DNA from: Oligoflexia bacterium
Lineage (GTDB): Bacteria; Bdellovibrionota; UBA1018
Assembly: GCA_903935335.1 (NCBI GenBank)
Contig: CAIZRG010000008.1
Location: 23,466 to 87,465 of the forward strand
Direction: 5' to 3'
DNA: 64,000 nt
Positions 1 through 8,595 of this stretch are shown here, piece after piece (the stretch's first letter is position 1; each line of letters begins with the position of its first letter). A program made the position numbers and the translations under genes. The notes beneath the pieces were generated by a model that was not told the DNA's origin, searched no databases, and saw nothing but the letters and a program-made list of their open reading frames with translations.

Positions 1-378
1 TGGAGCTATTTTCTCTAAGAGAGGAAGTAAAGTTTCATCAACAAAAATCACCTGATCTTGGGCTTCATCGATCATATAAATCAATTGTTCAGACGAAAGT
101 CTAAGATTCAGGGTATGAAGAACCCCTCCCCAACAAGGAACTGCAAAATAAAGCTCGAAATGCTGAAAGGTGTTCCAAGCTAAAGTACCTACCCGATCTC
201 CAGGTTTCAGATTCAGGCGATTCAGAGCATGAGCTAACTGACAAACCCTTCGATAGCAATCCCCATAAGAATAACAATGAATTTTCCCCTGATTCGTTTG
301 AGTAAAAACTTTTCGAGTGGAGACAGCCTGCTTCATTCGCCTCAAAATAGCGGATAAAGTCAGAGGATAATTCATCAT
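1..378 (-). CDS. AMP-dependent acyl-CoA synthetase / fatty-acid CoA ligase, N-terminal 126 codons (gene continues past left edge)
   Basis: Absent from the ORF track because it has no in-window stop. My minus-strand translation from the ATG at 376-378 reads MMNYPLTLSAILRRMKQAVSTRKVFTQTNQGKIHCYSYGDCYRRVCQLAHALNRLNLKPGDRVGTLAWNTFQHFELYFAVPCWGGVLHTLNLRLSSEQLIYMIDEAQDQVIFVDETLLPLLEKIAP. This has the typical N-terminal layout of medium/long-chain acyl-CoA ligases (GDRV..L.WN..H.E.YFAVP..G.VLHTLN.RL). Confidence 0.7.
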   Translation of the reverse strand, partial: MMNYPLTLSAILRRMKQAVSTRKVFTQTNQGKIHCYSYGDCYRRVCQLAHALNRLNLKPGDRVGTLAWNTFQHFELYFAVPCWGGVLHTLNLRLSSEQLIYMIDEAQDQVIFVDETLLPLLEKIAP

Positions 379-422
379 TTGACCTAACAATTTTTAACCC
401 TAACCTAACAATTTCAATTGAC

Positions 423-1166
423 TTAACTTCTGCGATTCCCAAAGAGTCGAAGCAAACTCAGGAAAAGATTAATAAAATTTAGGTACAAGGAAAGAGCTCC
501 AAAAATGGCTCCCTTTCGCCCATCTAATAAATCTCCTCCCCCATTGGCTCCCCCATGGGCATATTGATAGGCTAAGCTTCGAATTCTTTGTGCATCATAA
601 GCGGTTAAACCTGAAAAAATCAGAACTCCTGCAGCAGAAACTCCAAAACTGAGGGCCTCACTTTGAACCCATAAATTGACTAGGCCAACCAAAATCATAC
701 CCCAAATGCCCATACCAACAAAGGCTCCCATTCCTGTTAAATCCTTACGAGTCACTGAACCAAAAAGAGCTAAACCACCAAACATTCCAGCCGCAATCAA
801 AAACACCTGACTAATAGAACTCATCGTGTAAATCAGAAAAATGAGACTAAAAGTCACTCCATTGAGCGCCGAGTAAGTCAAAAAACCCAGCATAGCTGCA
901 AAAGACGAGAGACGGCTGAACAAGGCACTCATCCCCATGACAAGCAAGACTTCTGCAATCAAAACACCATAAAACACAGATCGATTTTCCAAGACCTGCT
1001 GAAGAACTGAAGGAGAAGAAACCACCCAGGCACTCACAAATCCTGTGACAAGTAAGCCCACGAACATCCAACCATAGGTTTTACTTATAAATTGAGAAAC
1101 AGCTAACTGCACAGATGCAGAATCTCGTTGAGATTCTCTTAAAATAAATTCATTAGATCGACTCAT
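423..1166 (-). CDS. Bax inhibitor-1 / YccA family inner-membrane protein
   Basis: 247-aa ORF with about seven hydrophobic spans. The C-terminal half is family-like (TAYDAQRI ... GALSLYLNFINLFLSLLRL). Same strand as the ligase gene. Confidence 0.85.
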   Translation of the reverse strand: MSRSNEFILRESQRDSASVQLAVSQFISKTYGWMFVGLLVTGFVSAWVVSSPSVLQQVLENRSVFYGVLIAEVLLVMGMSALFSRLSSFAAMLGFLTYSALNGVTFSLIFLIYTMSSISQVFLIAAGMFGGLALFGSVTRKDLTGMGAFVGMGIWGMILVGLVNLWVQSEALSFGVSAAGVLIFSGLTAYDAQRIRSLAYQYAHGGANGGGDLLDGRKGAIFGALSLYLNFINLFLSLLRLFGNRRS

Positions 1167-1239
1167 AACTATCCTCCTTGCTTCTTTTTTAAGCTTTCAA
1201 AAATACAAAATGCTTCTTGCATATACACTCTTACACTCT

Positions 1240-1704
1240 TTACCAACGATGAAAAGCAGGATGCCCTGGTTGAACTGCAACAAAGGTCCCTCGGCAAGTT
1301 GCACAAACTTTCCCTTGAGCCATCAGAGTTGCTTCAACAACCGCTCGATCAGACTCAGATTCAACGACTTGAGCTGACAAATAAACTTGAGATCCACTCG
1401 GAGTTGGTCTCATCAATCGAACGGCATAGTCCGCAGTCACTGTGCAAGGAGGACTTTGCACACCTTGCTTTTTCATTAAATACCAAGCTGCTGTCCAATT
1501 CGAATGACAATCCAATAAAGCCCCAATAATACCTCCATTGAGAACCCCTGGGAAAGCTTCATGGAAAGGCTGGGGCTCCCAAATAGCCACAACTTCGTTT
1601 CCTTTTACTCGACTTTTGATTTTTAAGCCCTTTTCATTTTCAGGGCCACATCCAAAACAACGACTTTTTGGAGCATACTGCTCCTGAAGATTCAGTTCTG
1701 ACAT
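1240..1704 (-). CDS. PaaI-type hotdog-fold thioesterase
   Basis: Track ORF is 1240..1743. I prefer the ATG at 1704 (MSELNLQ...) because AGGAG lies about 7 nt upstream. It has an N-terminal CFGCGPEN and a GVLNGGIIGALLDCH core typical of PaaI-like thioesterases. Confidence 0.7.
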   Translation of the reverse strand: MSELNLQEQYAPKSRCFGCGPENEKGLKIKSRVKGNEVVAIWEPQPFHEAFPGVLNGGIIGALLDCHSNWTAAWYLMKKQGVQSPPCTVTADYAVRLMRPTPSGSQVYLSAQVVESESDRAVVEATLMAQGKVCATCRGTFVAVQPGHPAFHRW

Positions 1705-1866
1705 CACTTTCTCCTGAGCGTATTTAGATCCATTTAAGATCAATCCGAACCAATTTTCATACTCTACCTCATATTGATTGCAGCTGTATAATTTTTATGG
1801 CACCCCACAAGTCTAAAGACATACTCAAGCCACTCGAAGCTCTGAGCTGATTTAAAGGAGGTCGTT

Positions 1867-2397
1867 TTGATTAATTTAGAAGAAACCGTTATTCGAAAGC
1901 TAAAAACGATTCAACATATCCTAGTCACCGTTGAGTCTTGCACCGGAGGATTGATCTCACACCTGATTACCAATACCCCAGGTGCTTCTGAGGTTTATTG
2001 GGGTTCTTTTATCGTTTATGACAATCAAGCCAAAGAACAACTCGGAGTTTCCTCTGAGACACTGAACACTCACGGAGCGGTCTCAGCTAAAATAGCTCTT
2101 CAACTCGCTGAAAAAGGTCTTATGAAAGCTGAAAACGCACTGAGTCATGTCACCCCCTCTCAATCCCTTATCAAACACAAGGGGATTCTCTGCATATCCA
2201 CAACAGGAATTGCAGGCCCTCAAGGAGGCTCTCTTGAAAAACCGGTAGGGCTATGTTTTCTGGGTCTTGCAATCACAGGAAAACCTACACGGGTAGAAAA
2301 AATCCAAATCTCTTCCGATCTTGTTGCTCTGGGCCGGACTCAAATCAAGCTTGTTTTTGCTCAGAAAGCCCTAGAATTGATCCGCGGAAATGTTTAA
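1867..2397 (+). CDS. pncC: CinA-family nicotinamide-nucleotide amidohydrolase (C-terminal PncC-type domain only)
   Basis: TTG start preceded by AGGAGG. The run VESCTGGLISHLITNTPGASEVYWGSFIVYDNQAKEQLGVSSETLNTHGAVS is the CinA C-terminal domain signature. Confidence 0.8.
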   Translation: MINLEETVIRKLKTIQHILVTVESCTGGLISHLITNTPGASEVYWGSFIVYDNQAKEQLGVSSETLNTHGAVSAKIALQLAEKGLMKAENALSHVTPSQSLIKHKGILCISTTGIAGPQGGSLEKPVGLCFLGLAITGKPTRVEKIQISSDLVALGRTQIKLVFAQKALELIRGNV

Positions 2398-2409
2398 GCT
2401 TGAAGCAAT

Positions 2410-3660
2410 ATGAATTTTTTACTTTTTCTTATTTTGACACTCATGATTGGAGTTTTTTTATTAGAGACAGCAGCAGACTACCTGAATTTCACTCGTCTGT
2501 CTGATCCCTTGCCTGATGAATTTAAAGATTCGATCGACTCAGAAAAATATCAACTTTCTCTTGAATATCAAAAAGAGCGAACAAAATTCGAAATCACTCA
2601 AAGGTTGATCCTCCTCACTCTCACACTCAGCTTTATCCTAGGAGGTGGATTGAACTCTCTGGACCTTTTCATAAGAAAATTTCAGTTGAACTCAATTTTG
2701 ACCGGAGTCATTTTCATTGGGTCTTTGACTTTGCTGAGTTTAATCATTCAACTCCCCTTTTCCTGGTATGAAACTTTTACCATCGAAGAGAAATACGGTT
2801 TTAATAAAATAACACCCTCACTGTTTTTTCAAGACCGAATCAAAGAAATCTTAATAGGGATTTGTATCGGTGGACCCATTCTTTTTGGAATTCTTTATTT
2901 TTTTAATCACACAGGTTCTCATGCCTGGCTTTACTGTTGGCTTGCTTTATCTGTTTTTCAAATTCTTTTAATTTACTTAGGGCCTGCCCTTCTGATGCCT
3001 TTATTTAATCGATTTGAACCTCTCCAGGAAGGCTCATTAAAACAATCAATCGAATTATATGTTAAAACCAGAAACTTTAAGCTCAGTGGAATTTATACCA
3101 TGGATGGCTCAAAACGTTCTACTAAATCGAATGCTTTCTTTACAGGTTTTGGAAAATTTCGTCGACTCGTTCTTTTCGATACTTTAATCCTAAAAAATTC
3201 TGAAGCTGAACTTGTTTCAATTCTTGCTCATGAAATTGGACATTTTGAAAAAAAACATATCCTAAAAACTATGGCGCTCTCCTGGATAACAACAGGAATC
3301 TTATTTTATTTTTTAGGTTTATTTTTAAACCATCCAGCGTTATTTTCGGCATTTCAGATGTCCCAAATTTCAACCTATGCTAGCATTATTTTTATCAGCA
3401 TTTTTTTTGAACCTATTCTAAGGATTTTCTCTGTAGGAGGTCAAATGATTTCTAGAATCCATGAATTTGAAGCAGATGCATTCTCGGTACAAACTTACAA
3501 AAATCCAGAACTTTTAATTTCTGCATTAAAAAAGCTTAGTCTAGATCACCTATCCCATCTCACTCCTCACCCTCTCAAAGTAACTCTGGACTATAGCCAT
3601 CCACCCATTCTTGAAAGAATTAAAAGAATCAGAAAACATACTCAGTCTAAATCTTTATAG
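2410..3660 (+). CDS. M48 zinc metalloprotease, Ste24 / CAAX-prenyl-protease-like
   Basis: 416 aa with multiple TM spans and an HEXXH motif in LAHEIGHFEKKH. The long N-terminal membrane domain resembles Ste24 rather than a short HtpX. Confidence 0.85.
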   Translation: MNFLLFLILTLMIGVFLLETAADYLNFTRLSDPLPDEFKDSIDSEKYQLSLEYQKERTKFEITQRLILLTLTLSFILGGGLNSLDLFIRKFQLNSILTGVIFIGSLTLLSLIIQLPFSWYETFTIEEKYGFNKITPSLFFQDRIKEILIGICIGGPILFGILYFFNHTGSHAWLYCWLALSVFQILLIYLGPALLMPLFNRFEPLQEGSLKQSIELYVKTRNFKLSGIYTMDGSKRSTKSNAFFTGFGKFRRLVLFDTLILKNSEAELVSILAHEIGHFEKKHILKTMALSWITTGILFYFLGLFLNHPALFSAFQMSQISTYASIIFISIFFEPILRIFSVGGQMISRIHEFEADAFSVQTYKNPELLISALKKLSLDHLSHLTPHPLKVTLDYSHPPILERIKRIRKHTQSKSL

Positions 3661-3727
3661 AAAAAAGTCATTAAACCATTATAATTTTATAAATGGACTC
3701 TCATTATAGACCCAAACAGAGAAATCC

Positions 3728-5107
3728 ATGAAAATCAAAGGCACTCATTTTTTTTGGGTTTTGAACTTTTCAGGATTCCTGATTTTATTTGGATCAAAAA
3801 AATCAATTGCAATTGATCAGATTCCTTATAATACTCGCTTATCCCCTTTCAGTGCGATTGGAACTACCGTTCGAGGAGACATTAGAACCGTAGGCATGTC
3901 AGGTGCTACTGTAGGACTAGGAGATACATTTATTGCCTCCCTAGATAATCCTGCAGGACTAGCCATGGGTTTGAATGGTGCGGATTCAAATTTTGCTACA
4001 AATATCATCTATGATCGCAATATTCAAAATTTTGACAACAGTCTATCCACTTATGAATTAGGCGTAGCTTTTAATCAATATCCATGGGGATTTAGCTTTG
4101 GATATATCTCCCCTTACAGAGAAGGCCAAACCTATTCTTTGATGAACTCTCCAGACATGCCTAAAACACTGAGTGTCTCCACCCGAGAATTTCATTTCTC
4201 TGTAGCTCACTTATTTTTTAAAAATCGATTGTCTGTTGGACTCAGTTTGATCCTAGGGCAATCGGTTCAGGAAATTCTGTCCGTGACAAACAGTCAAGAA
4301 GTCAACGCTCAATCTTACTCATTAGGTTCAACAATAGGAGTGTCTTACCAACTGCCCCATCGGATCCTTTTTGGACTGAGTTATCGATTACCTATGTCTT
4401 ATCCAGGAGGAGGTTTTTCTCAAAACACTCCTGAACTTCCAAACTTTCTTCAACCTCTTGAAACTCCGGGAAGACTTGGCATAGGCGTTGGATGGATACC
4501 CAACCGATTTTTTAGGACTGATTTCACTGGATTTATCTTAGGGAGCACTCCACGAACTACCCTACTCCGTGATGAGGCTACTTCCATAGGGGAAAACATC
4601 ACTTTCCAGCCTCGTCTTGGGGCAGCCTATGATTTCTTAGACTTTAAAGAGCTCAAAGGCACTCTCTTTGGTGGCACTTACTATGAAACATCCAGAGCCG
4701 AAAAAACCTCAGACCGTTTTCATCAAACCGTGGGCATGGAGATCAAACCTTGGATCTTTAATCTGGGATGGGGTCTTGATATTGCTTCTGGTTATCGCAA
4801 TTATATTGTTTCATTGGGTATCAATCCTTTTAAGATCATGTCCAAAATAGATCTCATCCCTACCCCCTGGCACCCTCGATACGCAAAAGCATTTCCACCT
4901 CCTTTTTATCAATCGGATCAAGGATTAAGCAGACCTCTGGTGAAACACTGGGTCGCTCACGATCCAGATCTTAACCCCATTCAGATTGGCCTCAATATCC
5001 CGCATAATATTGAAAAAAAATCAGAAAAAATTAGCCAAGCGATTTCAGATATTCTCTCTCCTCCAAAGAAAAAAAGGAAACTGGCTCATCCCAAGAAATT
5101 AGAATAA
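3728..5107 (+). CDS. Secreted / outer-membrane beta-barrel-like protein (FadL/OmpP1-like N-terminal motif) with basic C-terminal tail
   Basis: It has a signal-like N-terminus. VGMSGATVGLGDTFIASLDNPAGLA resembles, from memory, the G-M-G-G-A...NPAGL motif of FadL-type barrels. An alternating strand-like pattern follows. The last roughly 90 aa look non-barrel and end SPPKKKRKLAHPKKLE. Confidence 0.45.
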   Translation: MKIKGTHFFWVLNFSGFLILFGSKKSIAIDQIPYNTRLSPFSAIGTTVRGDIRTVGMSGATVGLGDTFIASLDNPAGLAMGLNGADSNFATNIIYDRNIQNFDNSLSTYELGVAFNQYPWGFSFGYISPYREGQTYSLMNSPDMPKTLSVSTREFHFSVAHLFFKNRLSVGLSLILGQSVQEILSVTNSQEVNAQSYSLGSTIGVSYQLPHRILFGLSYRLPMSYPGGGFSQNTPELPNFLQPLETPGRLGIGVGWIPNRFFRTDFTGFILGSTPRTTLLRDEATSIGENITFQPRLGAAYDFLDFKELKGTLFGGTYYETSRAEKTSDRFHQTVGMEIKPWIFNLGWGLDIASGYRNYIVSLGINPFKIMSKIDLIPTPWHPRYAKAFPPPFYQSDQGLSRPLVKHWVAHDPDLNPIQIGLNIPHNIEKKSEKISQAISDILSPPKKKRKLAHPKKLE

Positions 5108-5116
5108 AGAAGACTC

Positions 5117-6358
5117 ATGACTTCATTTTTTAAAAAAGAAACTCCTTGGGCACTGAGTTGGGGCCTTCTCTTTTGCTTTTCACAAATTTTTATCTGCCTC
5201 GTCCTTGCACCTAAAAGCGACTCTTTTCAATCTCTCTACTTAAAACTCAATCAATGGGACAGTGCGCATTATGCTCAGATCGCTGAACAAGGATATCACC
5301 TCCCGCCTGGGGTTCTCACTGCTCAGGATATCCACTCCGGTCGTGCCAACGTCACTTTTTTCCCAGGATTTCCCTTAGCTTCTCGCATCACACAAGTCGT
5401 ATTTGGAGTCTCTACTCCTTTGGCCCTTCTCATCACAGCCCAGTGTTTTTGTCTTTTATTTTGGACTCAGTTTTTCTTACTCTTACGCTATTGGAAAAAA
5501 TCTCGACAGCTCGTTCTAAAAACTGGACTCAGAGTTGCACTCTATCCAGGCTCTTTTTTCATGGTTGTTGGATATTCAGAGTCTTTATTTCTAGCTTCAC
5601 TTATGGGACTTATCTACGGAACAGAAAGATGGATGGATTCGCACCCAAAAGGAAAAGTCAATCTGAATTGGCTTTTAGCCTCCTTCAGCGGTTTTTGCCT
5701 TTCTATGACTCGACTTGTTGGTATGCCCCTTTTTATTTACCCAATCATTCGAAGTTTTTCTTTTTCTCTAAAACTAAAACCCAAAATTTATAAAAAAATT
5801 CAACTCGGTGCTCTATTTCTCTCTTTTTTTACTGCACTCGGAGGCGCTTTATTTCTGATACACTGTCAACTCAAGTTTAAACAATGGGATCTCTATTTTA
5901 AGCTCGGAAAAATAGGGTGGGGAAATGAACCCCATTATCTTTCCCTTTTGAACCCTCTTTCTTACCTGCCGCGACTTTTTTTTGAGGATACAACTATTTC
6001 AGTTTGCAAAATCTCAAGTCTTTTCATTTTAATATTATTCTTTTTTTGCTATCGAGTTGAACTCATCGAAAAAAGAGGAATTAAATTTCGTTTAGGTATT
6101 TATATCTCTGCATTTTTTTTATTTTTCATTCCATTGGCCGGAAAAATCGCTCACCAGCTTGAAGGAATGGTCAGGTACAACCTTCCAGTTTTCATTCTTC
6201 TTGTATTAGCTGTTTCAAACTTGGGTCCGCTATCAGAAACATTTTTTTTGAAGAAATGGATGACTCACCGGGGCTTAAGAACGGCTGGATTGATCCTCAG
6301 TTTAGTCACTCAGATTTGGATGATTCTCGTTTTCACTCGTGGGGGTTGGGTAGCATGA
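5117..6358 (+). CDS. Polytopic membrane protein, PIG-V / GT-C-like mannosyltransferase family
   Basis: 413 aa with many hydrophobic spans. WDSAHYAQIAEQGY lies near the N-terminus, followed by FFPGFPL, as in PIG-V-like glycosyltransferases. Its stop overlaps the tgt start (ATGA). Confidence 0.5.
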   Translation: MTSFFKKETPWALSWGLLFCFSQIFICLVLAPKSDSFQSLYLKLNQWDSAHYAQIAEQGYHLPPGVLTAQDIHSGRANVTFFPGFPLASRITQVVFGVSTPLALLITAQCFCLLFWTQFFLLLRYWKKSRQLVLKTGLRVALYPGSFFMVVGYSESLFLASLMGLIYGTERWMDSHPKGKVNLNWLLASFSGFCLSMTRLVGMPLFIYPIIRSFSFSLKLKPKIYKKIQLGALFLSFFTALGGALFLIHCQLKFKQWDLYFKLGKIGWGNEPHYLSLLNPLSYLPRLFFEDTTISVCKISSLFILILFFFCYRVELIEKRGIKFRLGIYISAFFLFFIPLAGKIAHQLEGMVRYNLPVFILLVLAVSNLGPLSETFFLKKWMTHRGLRTAGLILSLVTQIWMILVFTRGGWVA

Positions 6359-7500
6359 GCCGCTTAAAATTTCAACTCGAAGGAATAGCTTCTTATTCAC
6401 GTGCCCGAGCAGGAAAATTCCAGACTTTACATGGAACCGTCCTTACTCCTCTTTTTATGCCAGTAGGAACTCAAGCTACAGTCAAAGCTCAAACTTCTCA
6501 AACATTGAAAGAGTGTGATTCACAGATCTTACTCGCCAATACGTATCATCTCTTATTAAGGCCTGGAGCTGAAGTCTTTCAAAGATTAGGTGGGATTCAT
6601 CGTTTGATGAACTGGAGTCACTCGGTTCTAACTGATTCTGGAGGGTTTCAGATTTATTCGCTCCCTCATTCTAGAAAAATGAAAGAAGAAGGTGCACTTT
6701 TTAAAAGTTATGTAGATGGAAAACTTATTTTATTAACCCCTGAACTTAGCATTGAAATGCAAAAATCCATCGGAAGTGATATTATGATGGTACTTGACCA
6801 GTGCGTATCATCGACCTCAGACCTCAATCAAGCCTTAGAAGCGATGGAAAGAACCCATCGATGGGCCCTTCGAAGTTTAAAAGCTCGAGGAGAATCTCGT
6901 CAATCACTTTTTGCCATTGTCCAAGGGGCTTGTATTTCTGAACTGAGAAAGCAGAGTGCTTCTTTTTTGACTCAATTTGAATTTGACGGCTTTGCTATTG
7001 GGGGACTCGCTGTTGGAGAAAGTAAAGCCATGAGAGAAGATTTTACTGAAATGACTGTTGAACTTCTTCCTTCTCATTTACCAAGATACTTGATGGGCGT
7101 AGGAACACCGCTTGATATCCTCGAAGCTGTTCATCGTGGAGTGGATCTATTTGATTGCATCATCCCAACTGCCCATGCCCAAAGGGGAGTCGCCTACACT
7201 CACCAAGGAAAAGTTCAACTTCGAAGAACCGCCTATAAATTTTCAGAAGATCGTTTGGATCTCTATTGCTCGTGCTCAACTTGTACACTCTACTCCAAAG
7301 CCTATTTGCATCACCTCATTAAATCAGAAGAAGTTTTAGGATGGCATTTAGTCGGATTTCATAATTTATTTTTTTATCGACAATTCATGAGAGAAATTCG
7401 TCAATCGATTTTAGAAGATACTTTTGAGACCTACTACCAGTCTAAGAAAAAAAACCTACTGACTCCTGAATCTCATCGAACTGAAATCTACCTTCAGTAA
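6355..7500 (+). CDS. tgt: tRNA-guanine transglycosylase (queuine tRNA-ribosyltransferase)
   Basis: Motifs seen: TPLFMPVGTQATVKA, LTDSGGFQ, YLMGVGTPLDILEAV and the zinc site CSCSTC...H. Start moved from the track's 6256 to the ATG at 6355, which gives the canonical N-terminus and a 4-nt overlap with the upstream gene. Confidence 0.9.
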   Translation: MSRLKFQLEGIASYSRARAGKFQTLHGTVLTPLFMPVGTQATVKAQTSQTLKECDSQILLANTYHLLLRPGAEVFQRLGGIHRLMNWSHSVLTDSGGFQIYSLPHSRKMKEEGALFKSYVDGKLILLTPELSIEMQKSIGSDIMMVLDQCVSSTSDLNQALEAMERTHRWALRSLKARGESRQSLFAIVQGACISELRKQSASFLTQFEFDGFAIGGLAVGESKAMREDFTEMTVELLPSHLPRYLMGVGTPLDILEAVHRGVDLFDCIIPTAHAQRGVAYTHQGKVQLRRTAYKFSEDRLDLYCSCSTCTLYSKAYLHHLIKSEEVLGWHLVGFHNLFFYRQFMREIRQSILEDTFETYYQSKKKNLLTPESHRTEIYLQ

Positions 7501-8312
7501 GACCAAAAAGGTCGAGAGACAGAGCTTGGGCCTCTTAGCATCTCTAATAAAGGTAAGAGTGAAGGATTAGAAGATTCTTCTATCGCTTTTCTAGACCATT
7601 CTTTGAGGTCAACATAATACTTGAAGTATCTTCGCATCACACGATTAGGATAATCTTTTGGCCAAATTTGTCTTCCCAAAGCCTTTTGAACATTACCGCT
7701 TCCCATATTGTAAGCAGCTAAATAAAGCTGACTATGCCCATCAAACTCTTCTCTTAAATGAGCTAAATAAGCTGATCCAATTTTAATATTCGTGCAAGGA
7801 TCTTTTAGACTTTTTACCCCTTTCCAAGGGAGATCATACTTATTTGAAATCCAATGGGCTGTTTTTGGAGTTACTTGCATTAAACCTACTTCTCCGGAGG
7901 TTCCAACAACAACTGGATTAAAACTACTCTCGCTTTGAATAATCGCTAAAACAAAAATTGGATCAAATTTATACTTTTCGCTTTCTTCAATAATCGTATT
8001 GGCAACAGCAGGAGCAAAAGTTTTCCATTGCCCCCTTAAAGAACGCTTCGTCCACTGGATTAAAAATTCATCTAAGTTAGAAACAGTTTCCCCTTCTTTG
8101 ACTACACTTTTTGAATAGCGACTTCCAAGGAGCTCTTTAGCATGCGCCCAACGTACCAATGCTTTATCCCCCTCCAAACGAGTTTTAGCTTCAAGCGCTT
8201 TGGAGTCTTCTTCAATTTTGTCTATCTGACTTGCATACACGTATGCTGGAAGACACAAAAACACCACTCCAGCAATTGAGGTAGTCCATGGTTTTATTAA
8301 ATGATCGGACAT
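7494..8312 (-). CDS. Soluble lytic murein transglycosylase-domain protein (SLT family)
   Basis: Catalytic motif AIIQSESSFNP ... GLMQVTPKTA ... AYNMG, with a signal anchor. The track start at 8366 is TTG, so I prefer the ATG at 8312 (MSDHLIKPW...). The start is uncertain. Confidence 0.8.
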   Translation of the reverse strand: MSDHLIKPWTTSIAGVVFLCLPAYVYASQIDKIEEDSKALEAKTRLEGDKALVRWAHAKELLGSRYSKSVVKEGETVSNLDEFLIQWTKRSLRGQWKTFAPAVANTIIEESEKYKFDPIFVLAIIQSESSFNPVVVGTSGEVGLMQVTPKTAHWISNKYDLPWKGVKSLKDPCTNIKIGSAYLAHLREEFDGHSQLYLAAYNMGSGNVQKALGRQIWPKDYPNRVMRRYFKYYVDLKEWSRKAIEESSNPSLLPLLEMLRGPSSVSRPFWSY

Positions 8313-8367
8313 AGGGGTTTCCCGTTCACTCTTTCTTGTTTCTTGACTTGAAAAACAATTTTTCAAG

Positions 8368-8394
8368 CAGTCTATAGGCTGAGCCTATAGACTG
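8368..8394. promoter_or_regulatory. Perfect 11-bp inverted repeat (cagtctatagg-ctgag-cctatagactg) in divergent slt/kinase intergenic region
   Basis: Read directly from the sequence. It lies between divergently transcribed genes, so it is more likely an operator or RNA leader element than a terminator. Confidence 0.3.
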
Positions 8395-8595
8395 AGATAG
8401 AGCAATAAGTAGGCCTCCCAAAGATTCCAAGCCCTTAGCGATTTATAAAAATTGACCCCAGAAAGTAAAGCTAACAACTGTCTAAAGTTTAGACACACTT
8501 ATCATTCAACTCATTCCCATCTCAGGACTTCTCATTAGACTTCTCATTTTTAAAAACATCAGGTAAAAGAATCCACCCAAGTTCACTAACGAATA

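Noticed and set aside
101-442. Track ORF of 113 aa on the minus strand
   Set aside because: Another frame of the same strand (1..378) translates into a clean acyl-CoA ligase N-terminus. The 113-aa product has no recognisable features and would overlap the stop of the BI-1 gene.
6256-6354. N-terminal 33-codon extension of tgt as given in the track
   Set aside because: It would overlap the preceding membrane-protein gene by 103 nt. The ATG at 6355 gives the canonical Tgt N-terminus and an ATGA stop/start overlap.
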